Shown one piece after another: positions 1-8,864 of a DNA stretch of 64,000 nt. The notes beneath the pieces were generated by a model, which saw only the letters and a list, made by a program, of their open reading frames with translations, searched no databases and was not told the origin of the DNA. The translations under genes and the position numbers were made by a program. The DNA is from an uncultured Anaerolineaceae bacterium (GTDB lineage Bacteria; Chloroflexota; Anaerolineae; Anaerolineales; E44-bin32), in the NCBI GenBank assembly GCA_964528155.1, contig CAZGRL010000007.1:8613-72612 (forward strand), in the 5' to 3' direction. Every line of letters begins with the position of its first letter. Positions within the stretch are counted from its first letter, which is position 1.

Positions 1-980
1 ATTTCAACTCCAAACAAATAACCCGAGCCGAGGATGTCCTCGCCCAAGCGGCCTCCCCTTTGGGCGGCCTGTATTGCCTCGGCGAAGATGCGTTGCGCTC
101 GTGGGTATTCTCCCCGGATATAAATGAAGCCTGTGCGCGCCCCAACGGCATACCCGGCGACGGTCATTCCTTCCAGCACGAACAGTGGATCTCCCTCAAG
201 AAGGATCCGGTCCTTGAACGTGCCCGGTTCCGACTCGTCGGCATTGCACACGACGTATCGCTCTTCACCCGGGGCGGCGGCGGTCATCTCCCACTTCATG
301 CCGGTGGGAAAGGCTGCCCCACCGCGACCGGAAAGGCCGGCCTTCTTGATCTCATCGACGACCTGGGCGGGAGTGAGCGACTGAAGCGCCTTGCGAAGTC
401 CTACGTAGCCGCCGTGAGCTTCGTAGGCGGCCACATCCGTCGGGGGGATCACCCCACAGCGTCCGCTCAGCGGGCGTTCGTCCCCACCGACAAGCCCCAG
501 ACCCGCTGCCTTTGGCTCTTCGATCCACTGGCTTGCCCTCGAGGGATCGACGGTAGCGACCGGGACGTCGTCGACAAGGACCGCCGGGGCGTGGTCGCAC
601 AGCCCGAGACAGGGGGCCTCCTCAACCATCCACTCCCCGTCCGGCGTGACCTCGCCCGGCGCCGTTCCGAAGTGCTTGCAGGCGGCGCTGAGGGCGGCTT
701 TCCCGCCCGCCTGCTCGCAGACCGGGCTTGTGCACACTCGCACGACCTTGCGACCCGCCGGGCGGTTATAGAGCATGCTATAGAACTCAATCACGCCGTG
801 GATCTCCGCCAGCGGAACCCGCAGCGAGCGACCGATCGCCTCAACCATCGGCTCCGTCAGGTAGCCCAGCTGTCGTTGAGCCTCAAGCAACACCGGCAAG
901 AGCTGCGTCCGACCGCCCCCGGCGTTCTCCGAAAGCACCGGCTCGAGGAAGGCCAGATCGGTTTGCTCAGATTGTTCCAT
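1..980 (-). CDS. NuoE-NuoF fusion (2Fe-2S thioredoxin-like domain plus FMN/NADH-binding domain); NADH-binding module of complex I or of a formate dehydrogenase/hydrogenase-like complex; truncated by the window edge
   Basis: Not in the ORF track; translated by hand from ATG 980: MEQSEQTDLAFLEPV...LLPVLLEAQRQLGYL...VRVCTSPVC...EEAPCLGLCDHAP...GLSGRGGAAFPTGMKW...YVVCNADESEPGTFKDRILLEGDP...GFIYIRGEYP. These are NuoE cysteine motifs followed by NuoF signatures. Confidence 0.93.
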   Translation of the reverse strand, partial: MEQSEQTDLAFLEPVLSENAGGGRTQLLPVLLEAQRQLGYLTEPMVEAIGRSLRVPLAEIHGVIEFYSMLYNRPAGRKVVRVCTSPVCEQAGGKAALSAACKHFGTAPGEVTPDGEWMVEEAPCLGLCDHAPAVLVDDVPVATVDPSRASQWIEEPKAAGLGLVGGDERPLSGRCGVIPPTDVAAYEAHGGYVGLRKALQSLTPAQVVDEIKKAGLSGRGGAAFPTGMKWEMTAAAPGEERYVVCNADESEPGTFKDRILLEGDPLFVLEGMTVAGYAVGARTGFIYIRGEYPRAQRIFAEAIQAAQRGGRLGEDILGSGYLFGVE

Positions 981-1455
981 GTTGTCCCTTCTCATCTGCG
1001 ACTTGCGGCATGCCAGCTCCGAACGGGGGACCCGAATGAAGGGGTTCTTGAAAGAGGGCTCGCGCTTATTCGACCATTATAGCCCGGCTCGTGGCGGGCG
1101 GTTCAATTCGGAACAGGGCCGGGGATTGTCGCCCAGACACGCTGACAGCTCGATGGATCCGTCACACCGCTCCGCCTACCGGCATCAGCAGCCCTCAAGC
1201 TATCCCACTCGTCCGGCAGGGTCAAGTTACAGACGTCGGACATTTGGGTGTGAATTCGGACACCATGCCCCTTCGGTCGGACCGTGCCCCGCACGGTGAC
1301 CGGACAACTTGGAACCGCTTCGGGCTTCCCACCCCACCTCCGGCATGGCTCCTCTCCTTGACGCAGAGCGACCTCACCACCTTCCGGCCTCCCTTGTCCT
1401 CCACAAGTCTCGCCCCAGGTTGAGTTTCACTGCGCCTAGCCGTTCTCAGAGGAGA

Positions 1456-1512
1456 TAGGCGAATTTGGATTGGTTGGGCGGCTCCGCCGCCCAACCAATC
1501 CAAATCCGCCTA
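1456..1512. repeat. Long intergenic palindrome, about 27-bp stem with 1 mismatch and a 3-nt loop
   Basis: taggcgaatttggattggttgggcggc-tcc-gccgcccaaccaatccaaatccgccta, between divergent genes. Confidence 0.9.
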
Positions 1513-1567
1513 GTCTGCTCCGCGGCGTACAACATGCCGCCGGGCACACCCTGGCCGTTAAGAATGA

Positions 1568-1596
1568 TTGACCGCCGTTATTGGAGCGGATACAAT
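1568..1596 (+). promoter_or_regulatory. sigma70-type promoter of the kinase gene (leaderless-type)
   Basis: TTGACC (1568-1573), 17 nt, TACAAT (1591-1596); ATG 1604 follows 7 nt later with no Shine-Dalgarno. Confidence 0.75.
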
Positions 1597-1603
1597 CGAA
1601 CCC

Positions 1604-3619
1604 ATGGTTCTTCCCTTGGGCTCGACACTCCACGATCGCTATCGAATCGACGGCCAACTTGGCAAAGGCGGGATGGGGGCCGTCTATCTGGCCTTCGACC
1701 AGACCTTGCAGATTCGCGTTGCCCTCAAGGAGAACCTCAACCCCAACCCCGAATCCGAGCGCCAGTTCCAGCGCGAAGCCACCCTCCTGGCGAGTCTGCG
1801 ACACCCCAATCTTCCCCGCGTGACCGATCACTTCGTCCTCGAACAGCGCCAGTATCTAGTGATGGACTACATCGAGGGGGTCGATCTGCACACGCGGATC
1901 GCCAACCAGCCGGCGTCTGTCAGAGAGGTCCTGGCATGGGCGGACAGCCTGTGCGATGCGCTGTCCTATCTACACAGCCGCCAGCCGCCCGTCATTCACC
2001 GCGACATCAAGCCAGCCAACATTAAACTCCAACCGGATGGTAACGTCGTCCTGGTAGATTTCGGCATCGCCAAGGTCTTCGACCACGCGCAGACCTCGAC
2101 CGGCGCCCGCGGACTAACACCCGGCTTCTCCCCACCTGAACAGTACGGTGGACAACGCACCGACGCGCGCAGTGATCAATACGCGTTGGCAGCGACGATT
2201 TACACCTTGCTGACGCGTCATCCGCCCATCGACAGCATCAACCGGATGCTCGAGAAGGAGCCGTTGGTTCCGATCCGCAGCCTGAACCCCTCGGTGCCGG
2301 AGATGGTCGACTCAGCCATCACGCGCGCCCTGTCACTCCAACAGAGCGGCCGTTTCGCCGACATCTCCACTTTCCGCAAGGCGCTGAAGGGTGAAACCGC
2401 CCAAATCCCGGTTGTCCAGCCGACGTTGAAGCCTGAGCCGGCGGAACGTCCCCGGCGAAGCATGGCTCTGTTCGCCGGGATGGGGGCCGTCGGCGCCCTG
2501 GGGTTGTTGGGCGTCGTGGCCGTCGCCTTGCTCCTCATCTTCCGACCGTTTTCGAGCGGGACGGCCGCGGCGGCGACGGCCACCTCGCCCCCAGCGACGG
2601 CTGCCCTCCCGTCTGAAATCCCCGCCGCGACTCTGCCACCGGCAACGCCTATTCCTCCAACCGCCGCGCCGACCTTGGCGCCGACGGAAGAACCGACTCT
2701 CGAACCCACGACCGTGCAGGTGTTGGCCGGCGGCGGAGGAGAGATCGCCTTTGTGACCGATCGCGAAGACGGCCACACACTTCAGGTGTGGCTGATGAAT
2801 CCGGACGGGAGTAGCCCGAGGCAGCTCACCTTCGGCCCGGGCGACAAGACTCAGCCGCGCTGGTCTCCCGACGGAACCCGCCTGCTGTATGTAGCGCCGG
2901 GGGCGAACGATGCCAGCGGAGCGACGCTGGGCTTCGACATCTGGGTGATCAACCTCGATGGGTCGGGACCGACTGACCTGACCCGAAGCGTCGGCGACGA
3001 GTCTGACCCTATTTGGTCACCGGACGGCTCCCGCATCGCCTTCACCAGCGATCGGATCAACGACCTCGCTCAGGTCTTCATATCACCGATCAAGTGTGAA
3101 CCGATCCCGGCCTCATGCACGGCCGAGAAGCCTACCAATCTCTCCGCCGGATTTGCCGTGGAGTCTTCCCCGGCCTGGTCCCCCGACGGGACGACGATCG
3201 CCGTGAGTGCGTCGATCAACGGCGCGCCGGGGCGGATCTTCCTGCGAAGTCCGACGCCGGGCGAGCCGAAGAAGTTCGATCGCCGCGACAAGATCATCGG
3301 CGCCTACGATCTCGTATGGTCACCCGATAGCAAACTGCTGGCCTTCACCTGGCGCCAGCCCACCATGAACGAGATCTACCTCGCCCAGATTGACAACCCC
3401 GGCGCCGATCCCACCCGGCTCACCGACAGCCTCGGCAACAAGGAACCATCCTTCTCGCCCGACGGTAACTGGATCGTCTTCACTTCGACGCGCAATCAGA
3501 ACCCCGAGGTTTACATCATGGCCATCAGCGGGGCGGGGCAGGAGAACCTGACGAATTACACCGGCAGAGACATGCAACCTGCCTGGCAGCCACCGGTGAA
3601 GCCCGCACCCAACCAATAG
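1604..3619 (+). CDS. Membrane-anchored Hanks-type Ser/Thr protein kinase with Pro/Thr/Ala-rich linker and C-terminal TolB-like (PD40/WD40-like) beta-propeller
   Basis: LGKGGMGAVY, VALKE, HRDIKPANI, DFG, FSPPEQ motifs; one hydrophobic TM segment; repeated P-x-WSPDG units. Start moved to ATG 1604 because the track's TTG 1568 is the -35 box. Confidence 0.93.
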   Translation: MVLPLGSTLHDRYRIDGQLGKGGMGAVYLAFDQTLQIRVALKENLNPNPESERQFQREATLLASLRHPNLPRVTDHFVLEQRQYLVMDYIEGVDLHTRIANQPASVREVLAWADSLCDALSYLHSRQPPVIHRDIKPANIKLQPDGNVVLVDFGIAKVFDHAQTSTGARGLTPGFSPPEQYGGQRTDARSDQYALAATIYTLLTRHPPIDSINRMLEKEPLVPIRSLNPSVPEMVDSAITRALSLQQSGRFADISTFRKALKGETAQIPVVQPTLKPEPAERPRRSMALFAGMGAVGALGLLGVVAVALLLIFRPFSSGTAAAATATSPPATAALPSEIPAATLPPATPIPPTAAPTLAPTEEPTLEPTTVQVLAGGGGEIAFVTDREDGHTLQVWLMNPDGSSPRQLTFGPGDKTQPRWSPDGTRLLYVAPGANDASGATLGFDIWVINLDGSGPTDLTRSVGDESDPIWSPDGSRIAFTSDRINDLAQVFISPIKCEPIPASCTAEKPTNLSAGFAVESSPAWSPDGTTIAVSASINGAPGRIFLRSPTPGEPKKFDRRDKIIGAYDLVWSPDSKLLAFTWRQPTMNEIYLAQIDNPGADPTRLTDSLGNKEPSFSPDGNWIVFTSTRNQNPEVYIMAISGAGQENLTNYTGRDMQPAWQPPVKPAPNQ

Positions 3620-3736
3620 CCGCAGCACAAGCCGGATTCCTCCCCACGGCGCCCCCGGCCGGCAAACATATTCAACTGGATTCATACATGCAGGGTTGAG
3701 TTGTGCCGAAGCGCATGATTCTCTCCGCGCCTCGGT

Positions 3737-6658
3737 TCAGCGCGTGACGTCGATCATCACCTGCTGGCTCTCAGATAAGTTGCCTGCGGCATCATAGGCG
3801 CGGACGAAGAAGACGTGCTCACCGATCGTCGTTGGGTTCCAGCGGATCGAATACGGCGCTGAGTCGAGCGTCTTTTGCATCTTGCCGTCGATGAAGAAAT
3901 CGATTCGCGCGATAGACAGGTCGTCGCTGGCCTCGACCTGGAAGCTCACATCCCCATCGCTTGCCAACGAGATCACCTGTCCCGAATAAGGCAGAACGAT
4001 CTGCACCTCAGGTGGGCGATTGTCGATCGTCACCAGGGCGGCCGCGGTCGAAACCTGGCCTCCCTGGCGAACAACGACCAGCTGCAGTGTGTACAATCCG
4101 GACAAACCGGTTGTATCCCACGCCCCCAGGCTGCCTCTCTCCACCGGCTCCGTCGCGTCCGAGCCGATCTGAAACCAGCGCGTCGGGTTCAGGCCAGCGC
4201 CGTACTGCAAACGGTAATACTCGAAGTCGTCCGGATGAGCCTCGCCCAGCACGTTTTGTCTCCCGCGGACATAGTCAAAGTTGTCCGGGGTTGTAATCCG
4301 CACGTCCGCGGAAGCGGCCGGTGTCTCAACCAGAGGATCATATTCCTCCGGCGGTTGGGGAAGCTCGACCTGCCTCGCCCAATCCATCGCCTCGGGTGGC
4401 GGGATCAGGTACACACGCTCTTCAACTTGATCGATCGGCGTGAAGAGAGTCGCCAGCTTCCCGGTCTCGCGATTGATCCGGTAAGGCTGATACAGGTTGT
4501 CGTAGTGTGTTGGCTCCATTCCCTGAGGAAAGATTTCACGCACGACCTGGGGGCAGTACGCCGTCGGCAGCAAGCCCGAAGGATCGCACACATTGATCTC
4601 GCTCACACCGGGGGGAATGGGCCACGCTTCCGCCCCGACGTCCCGCGAGGCGTAGCGGATCAGGGCGTGCCAGATCGGCGCCGCACCATTCTTCGGTTCG
4701 ACTCCCTCGAGATGTCCACTCTGCTCGCTTCCAACCCACACGCCCACGGCCAGCCGCGTCGTGAATCCCACCGTCCAGGCTCCACGCCCGTCTGGTGACA
4801 TCCCCGCCATGGCCGCCGCCGGGCGGCCAATCTCCAGGGGGTTTGGTTGGCCCATTGTCGACCAGCGCGCCGCCTCGTCGCTCAGCGCGTCTGCCATCAA
4901 GTAGGCCAGTTGAGGGCTCACCACAGACCTTTCGCTCAGGTGGAGGCCGTAGATGACCTCGCCCGAAGCATCTTCAACACGGACGACAATTACCGGGTCC
5001 AGACTGCGGTAGCCGGATCGGAGCTTGTCAGGCGGGATGGGTACACCAACCATCTGGCCCTGGACCGCCCAGACCCCGTAGGCATATGTCAGATCGAGCA
5101 AGTTGCTTTCTGCGTCCTCGATCAGCCCGTCAGGTGTGGGATCCGAAGACGGGTCGGCCAAGGCCTGCAGGCCCATCTGGTGAGCGGTCCGGAGGACATT
5201 GTCGACGCCGGCCAGCCTGGCCGTCTCGGCACCGGCCGCTTCGTAAGAATTCGCCAGCGCCGTCCGCATTCGAACCGGTCCGTGGTAGCGCGCACTGATT
5301 TCTTCCGATGTGAGTTGTGCCGAGCCTTCGCCGGCGCTTTGCGAAGGCACATCCACGACCATCGTCGCCGGGGCGTATCCGCGAGCGAAGGCAGTCAAGT
5401 AGATCAGCGGAGAAAATGCATTCCCCGTCAGGTGCATGGAAGTTGCCGGGCCGATCATGCCCAGGATTTGGCCGCGAGTTGGATCCAGGACGACGATGGC
5501 GCTTTGGTCGATCCCGTGATCGACGTCCGAATCGCTCGGCCGGAGAGGCGGGAGCAGACCGGCTGCGACGCAGGTCGAACCATCCGCCGCCGGTTCCAGG
5601 GTTCCGGGGTCGCCGCCTCCCATCCGCGCTAGGTGGGTGGCGGATGTGCATTCGGCCTGCATCTGCAGATCGTAGTCGATGGTCGTGACCACCGTCAGAC
5701 CGCCGTGCGATTGGGCCCCCGGCCCGAGGAGCTTGTCCAGGCTGTCCCAGACCACCTGCATGAAAGCGGGCGCTTCGAGATCCGCCGCCGCGTTGGGCGA
5801 CGCGGGAGAGGTCGGCACCGTCAACGCCGAGGCTGCCCCCGCTTCGGTAATGAAGCCCATGTCCCGCATCCGTCGAATCACCTCGCCCCCGCGCGCCTTG
5901 GCCGGTCCAGGTGCATCGAGCGGATTGAGGGTCGGGTCGAGGGCGACGGCTGCCAGCGTCGCGGTCTCAGCCAGGCTAAGTTCGCTGGCGTGCTTTCCGA
6001 AGTAGACCAGGCCGGCGGCATCGAGCCCGAAGGTCATGTGCCCATAAGGCGTGCTGTTCAGGTACCATGCCAGCAGACGTTCAGGCGGGTAGCTCTCGAC
6101 CAGCTCACCCGTGAGCAGACCGGTGCGGGTGTTGCGAACGAGCGACGAGCGGCGACTGTCCTCCAGCGGCTGCAGCAGATTCTCAGCCAGGCGGCGGGTG
6201 ATCGATTCCATCGCCGAGTTGATCGCCGCCTCCTCACGGATCGTCCCAGTTGACGCCAGTCCTGATGCGACACCGCCCCCACTGAGGGGAAGGCTCTCCA
6301 CGGCGATCGTCGCCGCCTCGGCATAGCCCGATCCGGCGCCTGAGGGCAACCTGTCAACGGGATACCAGCGCCTGTCCACGGCCAACGGATTAATGGCTTC
6401 GTAGAGCAGGTGCGTCCCGCTCCGGTCATAGACCCTTACCGGCTGGAACAGACCATCCGCTTGGAAGACTTGTTCGATCGACTGGGCCCCCGGCAGATTT
6501 GCCGTCAGATCGCCGTACGCCATGGCCGACAGCGGTCCGGCAGTTCCGACAACGAAGACGAGCGCAATGCCCAGGAGGATCATGCGCCCGCTCGGCCACG
6601 TCGGCCCGGCCGGCCCTCGACGTCTTCGAAATCGAACGATCTGCTTGGCAGAAGGCAT
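3737..6658 (-). CDS. Class A penicillin-binding protein homologue (transglycosylase plus transpeptidase folds, C-terminal Ig-like domains) with degenerate catalytic motifs
   Basis: N-terminal TM; WYLNSTPYG, YFGKHASELSLAETATLAA, VTTIDYDLQ and AWTVGFTTRLAVGVWVG are typical of PBP1A. SxxK, SxN and KTG positions read NAFS, SYE and MAG. Confidence 0.88.
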   Translation of the reverse strand: MPSAKQIVRFRRRRGPAGPTWPSGRMILLGIALVFVVGTAGPLSAMAYGDLTANLPGAQSIEQVFQADGLFQPVRVYDRSGTHLLYEAINPLAVDRRWYPVDRLPSGAGSGYAEAATIAVESLPLSGGGVASGLASTGTIREEAAINSAMESITRRLAENLLQPLEDSRRSSLVRNTRTGLLTGELVESYPPERLLAWYLNSTPYGHMTFGLDAAGLVYFGKHASELSLAETATLAAVALDPTLNPLDAPGPAKARGGEVIRRMRDMGFITEAGAASALTVPTSPASPNAAADLEAPAFMQVVWDSLDKLLGPGAQSHGGLTVVTTIDYDLQMQAECTSATHLARMGGGDPGTLEPAADGSTCVAAGLLPPLRPSDSDVDHGIDQSAIVVLDPTRGQILGMIGPATSMHLTGNAFSPLIYLTAFARGYAPATMVVDVPSQSAGEGSAQLTSEEISARYHGPVRMRTALANSYEAAGAETARLAGVDNVLRTAHQMGLQALADPSSDPTPDGLIEDAESNLLDLTYAYGVWAVQGQMVGVPIPPDKLRSGYRSLDPVIVVRVEDASGEVIYGLHLSERSVVSPQLAYLMADALSDEAARWSTMGQPNPLEIGRPAAAMAGMSPDGRGAWTVGFTTRLAVGVWVGSEQSGHLEGVEPKNGAAPIWHALIRYASRDVGAEAWPIPPGVSEINVCDPSGLLPTAYCPQVVREIFPQGMEPTHYDNLYQPYRINRETGKLATLFTPIDQVEERVYLIPPPEAMDWARQVELPQPPEEYDPLVETPAASADVRITTPDNFDYVRGRQNVLGEAHPDDFEYYRLQYGAGLNPTRWFQIGSDATEPVERGSLGAWDTTGLSGLYTLQLVVVRQGGQVSTAAALVTIDNRPPEVQIVLPYSGQVISLASDGDVSFQVEASDDLSIARIDFFIDGKMQKTLDSAPYSIRWNPTTIGEHVFFVRAYDAAGNLSESQQVMIDVTR

Positions 6659-6664
6659 GGGCCG

Positions 6665-6670
6665 ATTCTA
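6665..6670 (-). promoter_or_regulatory. -10 box of the PBP-like gene (leaderless-type)
   Basis: TAGAAT on the minus strand, 6 nt before ATG 6658. Confidence 0.6.
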
Positions 6671-6837
6671 CCCCTGTGTTTGTCCTGGCCAACTCATCCC
6701 GCGCCCGACCTGCGGCCAGACAGTGCCGGTATAATCCATGCAATTCGCATGCCGCCTACGGTCAGCGGTTTTTGCTTCATATGTCCGTCACGTGCCCCGA
6801 CTGAGAGTCCCGGCCACCGCAGGGAACGCCATCCGAC

Positions 6838-7608
6838 ATGACCACCACCGAGAAAGCTGAGCGGATCTCTCCCGCAACCGCCGTGTGCGAGGTGAAGCGC
6901 CTTGGTTTGATCCCGTACAGCCAGGCCTGGACCCTTCAGAACCAGCTGGCGGACGAGATCGCCCGAGGCATCCGCCCGGCCACCCTGCTCCTCCTCGAGC
7001 ATCCGCACACGTTCACCTTCGGCCGACGAGGTCAGGCGAGCAACCTGCTCTGGGACGAGGCCGAGTTGGACCGGCGTGGCGTGGAGGTGCATTGGGTGGA
7101 TCGAGGCGGGGACGTAACCTATCACGGCCCGGGACAGCTCGTCGGCTACCCGTTGTTCCCGTTGGGCAAGATCGAGCCATCCGGCCGTCTTCCCCAGAGG
7201 GACTTCGTCGGCTACCTGCGCAAGGTCGAGGACGCCCTGATCCGGGCCATGTCACGCTTCGGATTGGTGAGTGGCCAGATCCCCGGACTGACTGGGGTGT
7301 GGATTCAGCCCGACGTCGCCTCTCGCTGCGTCCACTGTCCTCCAGCCGCCCGACGCAAACCATCGAAGCTCGCATCGATAGGGGTGAAGATTGACGTGCA
7401 TGGGATCAGCCGGCACGGCTTCGCGCTCAATGTCGATCCGGACATGAGCTACTGGAATGGGATCGTACCTTGCGGTCTGACCGAGTACCCCATGGTCAGT
7501 CTGGCGGAGGTGGTCGATCCGGCGCCTTCGATGGAGGCGGTCATCGAAGCCGTGATCGGGGGATTTGAGAATGCGTTCGGCCTGACGTTGATCGATCGGG
7601 CGTTCTGA
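6838..7608 (+). CDS. lipB: Lipoyl(octanoyl) transferase
   Basis: LLLLEHPHTFTFGRRG, DRGGDVTYHGPGQLVGYP, KLASIGV, HGFALN, IVPCGL. Confidence 0.95.
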   Translation: MTTTEKAERISPATAVCEVKRLGLIPYSQAWTLQNQLADEIARGIRPATLLLLEHPHTFTFGRRGQASNLLWDEAELDRRGVEVHWVDRGGDVTYHGPGQLVGYPLFPLGKIEPSGRLPQRDFVGYLRKVEDALIRAMSRFGLVSGQIPGLTGVWIQPDVASRCVHCPPAARRKPSKLASIGVKIDVHGISRHGFALNVDPDMSYWNGIVPCGLTEYPMVSLAEVVDPAPSMEAVIEAVIGGFENAFGLTLIDRAF

Positions 7609-7863
7609 CCAAGGCATACCGCGGCCATCGGCCCCGGCCGCGAGATTCCTCATGAATCCATCTTCCGTTGTGATCCTGGAACCGGGCTTCCGATTGGTCC
7701 GGCGCCGGCGTCACGCCGCGCCAGCGTCCGGCGGCGCGACTCAGTCTGACAAGCCGGTCGCGGCACGATTCTGGCATCACGTCCTCTGCTTGCCCTCTTG
7801 CGCCTGTGAATGCCCCGTTCCTGTTGTTGAGCTGCGCGGCCGAACCGGAAGGATGGCACATCG

Positions 7864-8847
7864 ATGAAGCGGATTCTCTCAATCGACGGAGGCGGTGTCC
7901 GCGGGATCATCCCACTGGCTTGTCTCGTGCGCCTTGAGGCAAAAGAAGCCAAGCCGAGCCGCGAGATCTTCGACTTCGTCGCCGGCACATCGACCGGCGC
8001 CCTCATCGCCGCCGGAATCGCCGTCGGGATCAGCGCCCGCGGGCTGCTCGCCCTGTATCGCAAGCTGGCCAACAAGGCCTTCGAACGCCTGCCGTGGTGG
8101 CAGATCTTGCTCAACGGCGGCAATCATCGCTACAACAACGAATTCATCGATCAGACGCTTGTCCAGGTTGGGGCAGATCTCCCCCTCAATAGCCTTCCGA
8201 TCGACGTCATGATCACCGGCAAGAATACCGAGACCGGCCGAACCGATTTCTTCGTGCGCGACAACTCGGGAAATGCCGAACGCTGGGGGACGATGTCACT
8301 CAAGGACGCCGTGCTGGCCAGCATTGCCGCGCCGACGTACTTCCCGGCTCACACGGCTCAGGTCCTGGGGGAGGAGCACACCTGGGTCGACGGCGGGGTC
8401 GGCGTAGCCGGCAACCCGTGCTACCAGGCTGCCGTCGAAGCGCTGTTCTACACAGATGGCGACTATCAGCCCGGGGATCTCCAGATGCTTTCCTTTGGTA
8501 CGGGCAGCGCCCCTCACCCCATTGATCCCCAGCGGGCCAACGCCATCGCCTGGGCCGGATGGGTTCGGTCGGAGCTTCTGGAGGACTCGGCCGATTGGCA
8601 GACGTACGTCACCCGTCGCGAATACGGGATGAGCGATCGAGTCGACTTCCGCCGCTACCAACTCGATCTGGCCGAAGATGTGATGTCTTACCTGGGGGTG
8701 GAAGTCCCGCCGGGCACCGACCTGGCGGACATCGGCATGGACGCCGTGTGGGCGGTCGATCTCCTGGAGAGCATTGGACGCGCCTTCGCCGCGCGCATCG
8801 ACTTCGACAATCCGAACGGTCTTGAGTTGAATACCGGAGAGGTCTGA
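7864..8847 (+). CDS. Patatin-like phospholipase
   Basis: DGGGVRG, GTSTG nucleophile elbow, ASIAAPTYF, WVDGG. Confidence 0.92.
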   Translation: MKRILSIDGGGVRGIIPLACLVRLEAKEAKPSREIFDFVAGTSTGALIAAGIAVGISARGLLALYRKLANKAFERLPWWQILLNGGNHRYNNEFIDQTLVQVGADLPLNSLPIDVMITGKNTETGRTDFFVRDNSGNAERWGTMSLKDAVLASIAAPTYFPAHTAQVLGEEHTWVDGGVGVAGNPCYQAAVEALFYTDGDYQPGDLQMLSFGTGSAPHPIDPQRANAIAWAGWVRSELLEDSADWQTYVTRREYGMSDRVDFRRYQLDLAEDVMSYLGVEVPPGTDLADIGMDAVWAVDLLESIGRAFAARIDFDNPNGLELNTGEV

Positions 8848-8864
8848 CCGGAAAACCCCCGGGC

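Noticed and set aside
60-1082. 340-aa plus-strand ORF
   Set aside because: Antisense shadow of the minus-strand NuoE-NuoF gene; no recognisable motifs
1240-1265. gTGTGAAttcggaCAC upstream of nuoEF as a Rex operator
   Set aside because: The right half-site deviates too much from TTCACAA
3875-4798. Long overlapping opposite-strand ORFs (also 10028-11008, 17367-18293, 31286-33178, 56315-57415 and others)
   Set aside because: All lie antisense to well-supported genes; an expected by-product of high GC and codon bias
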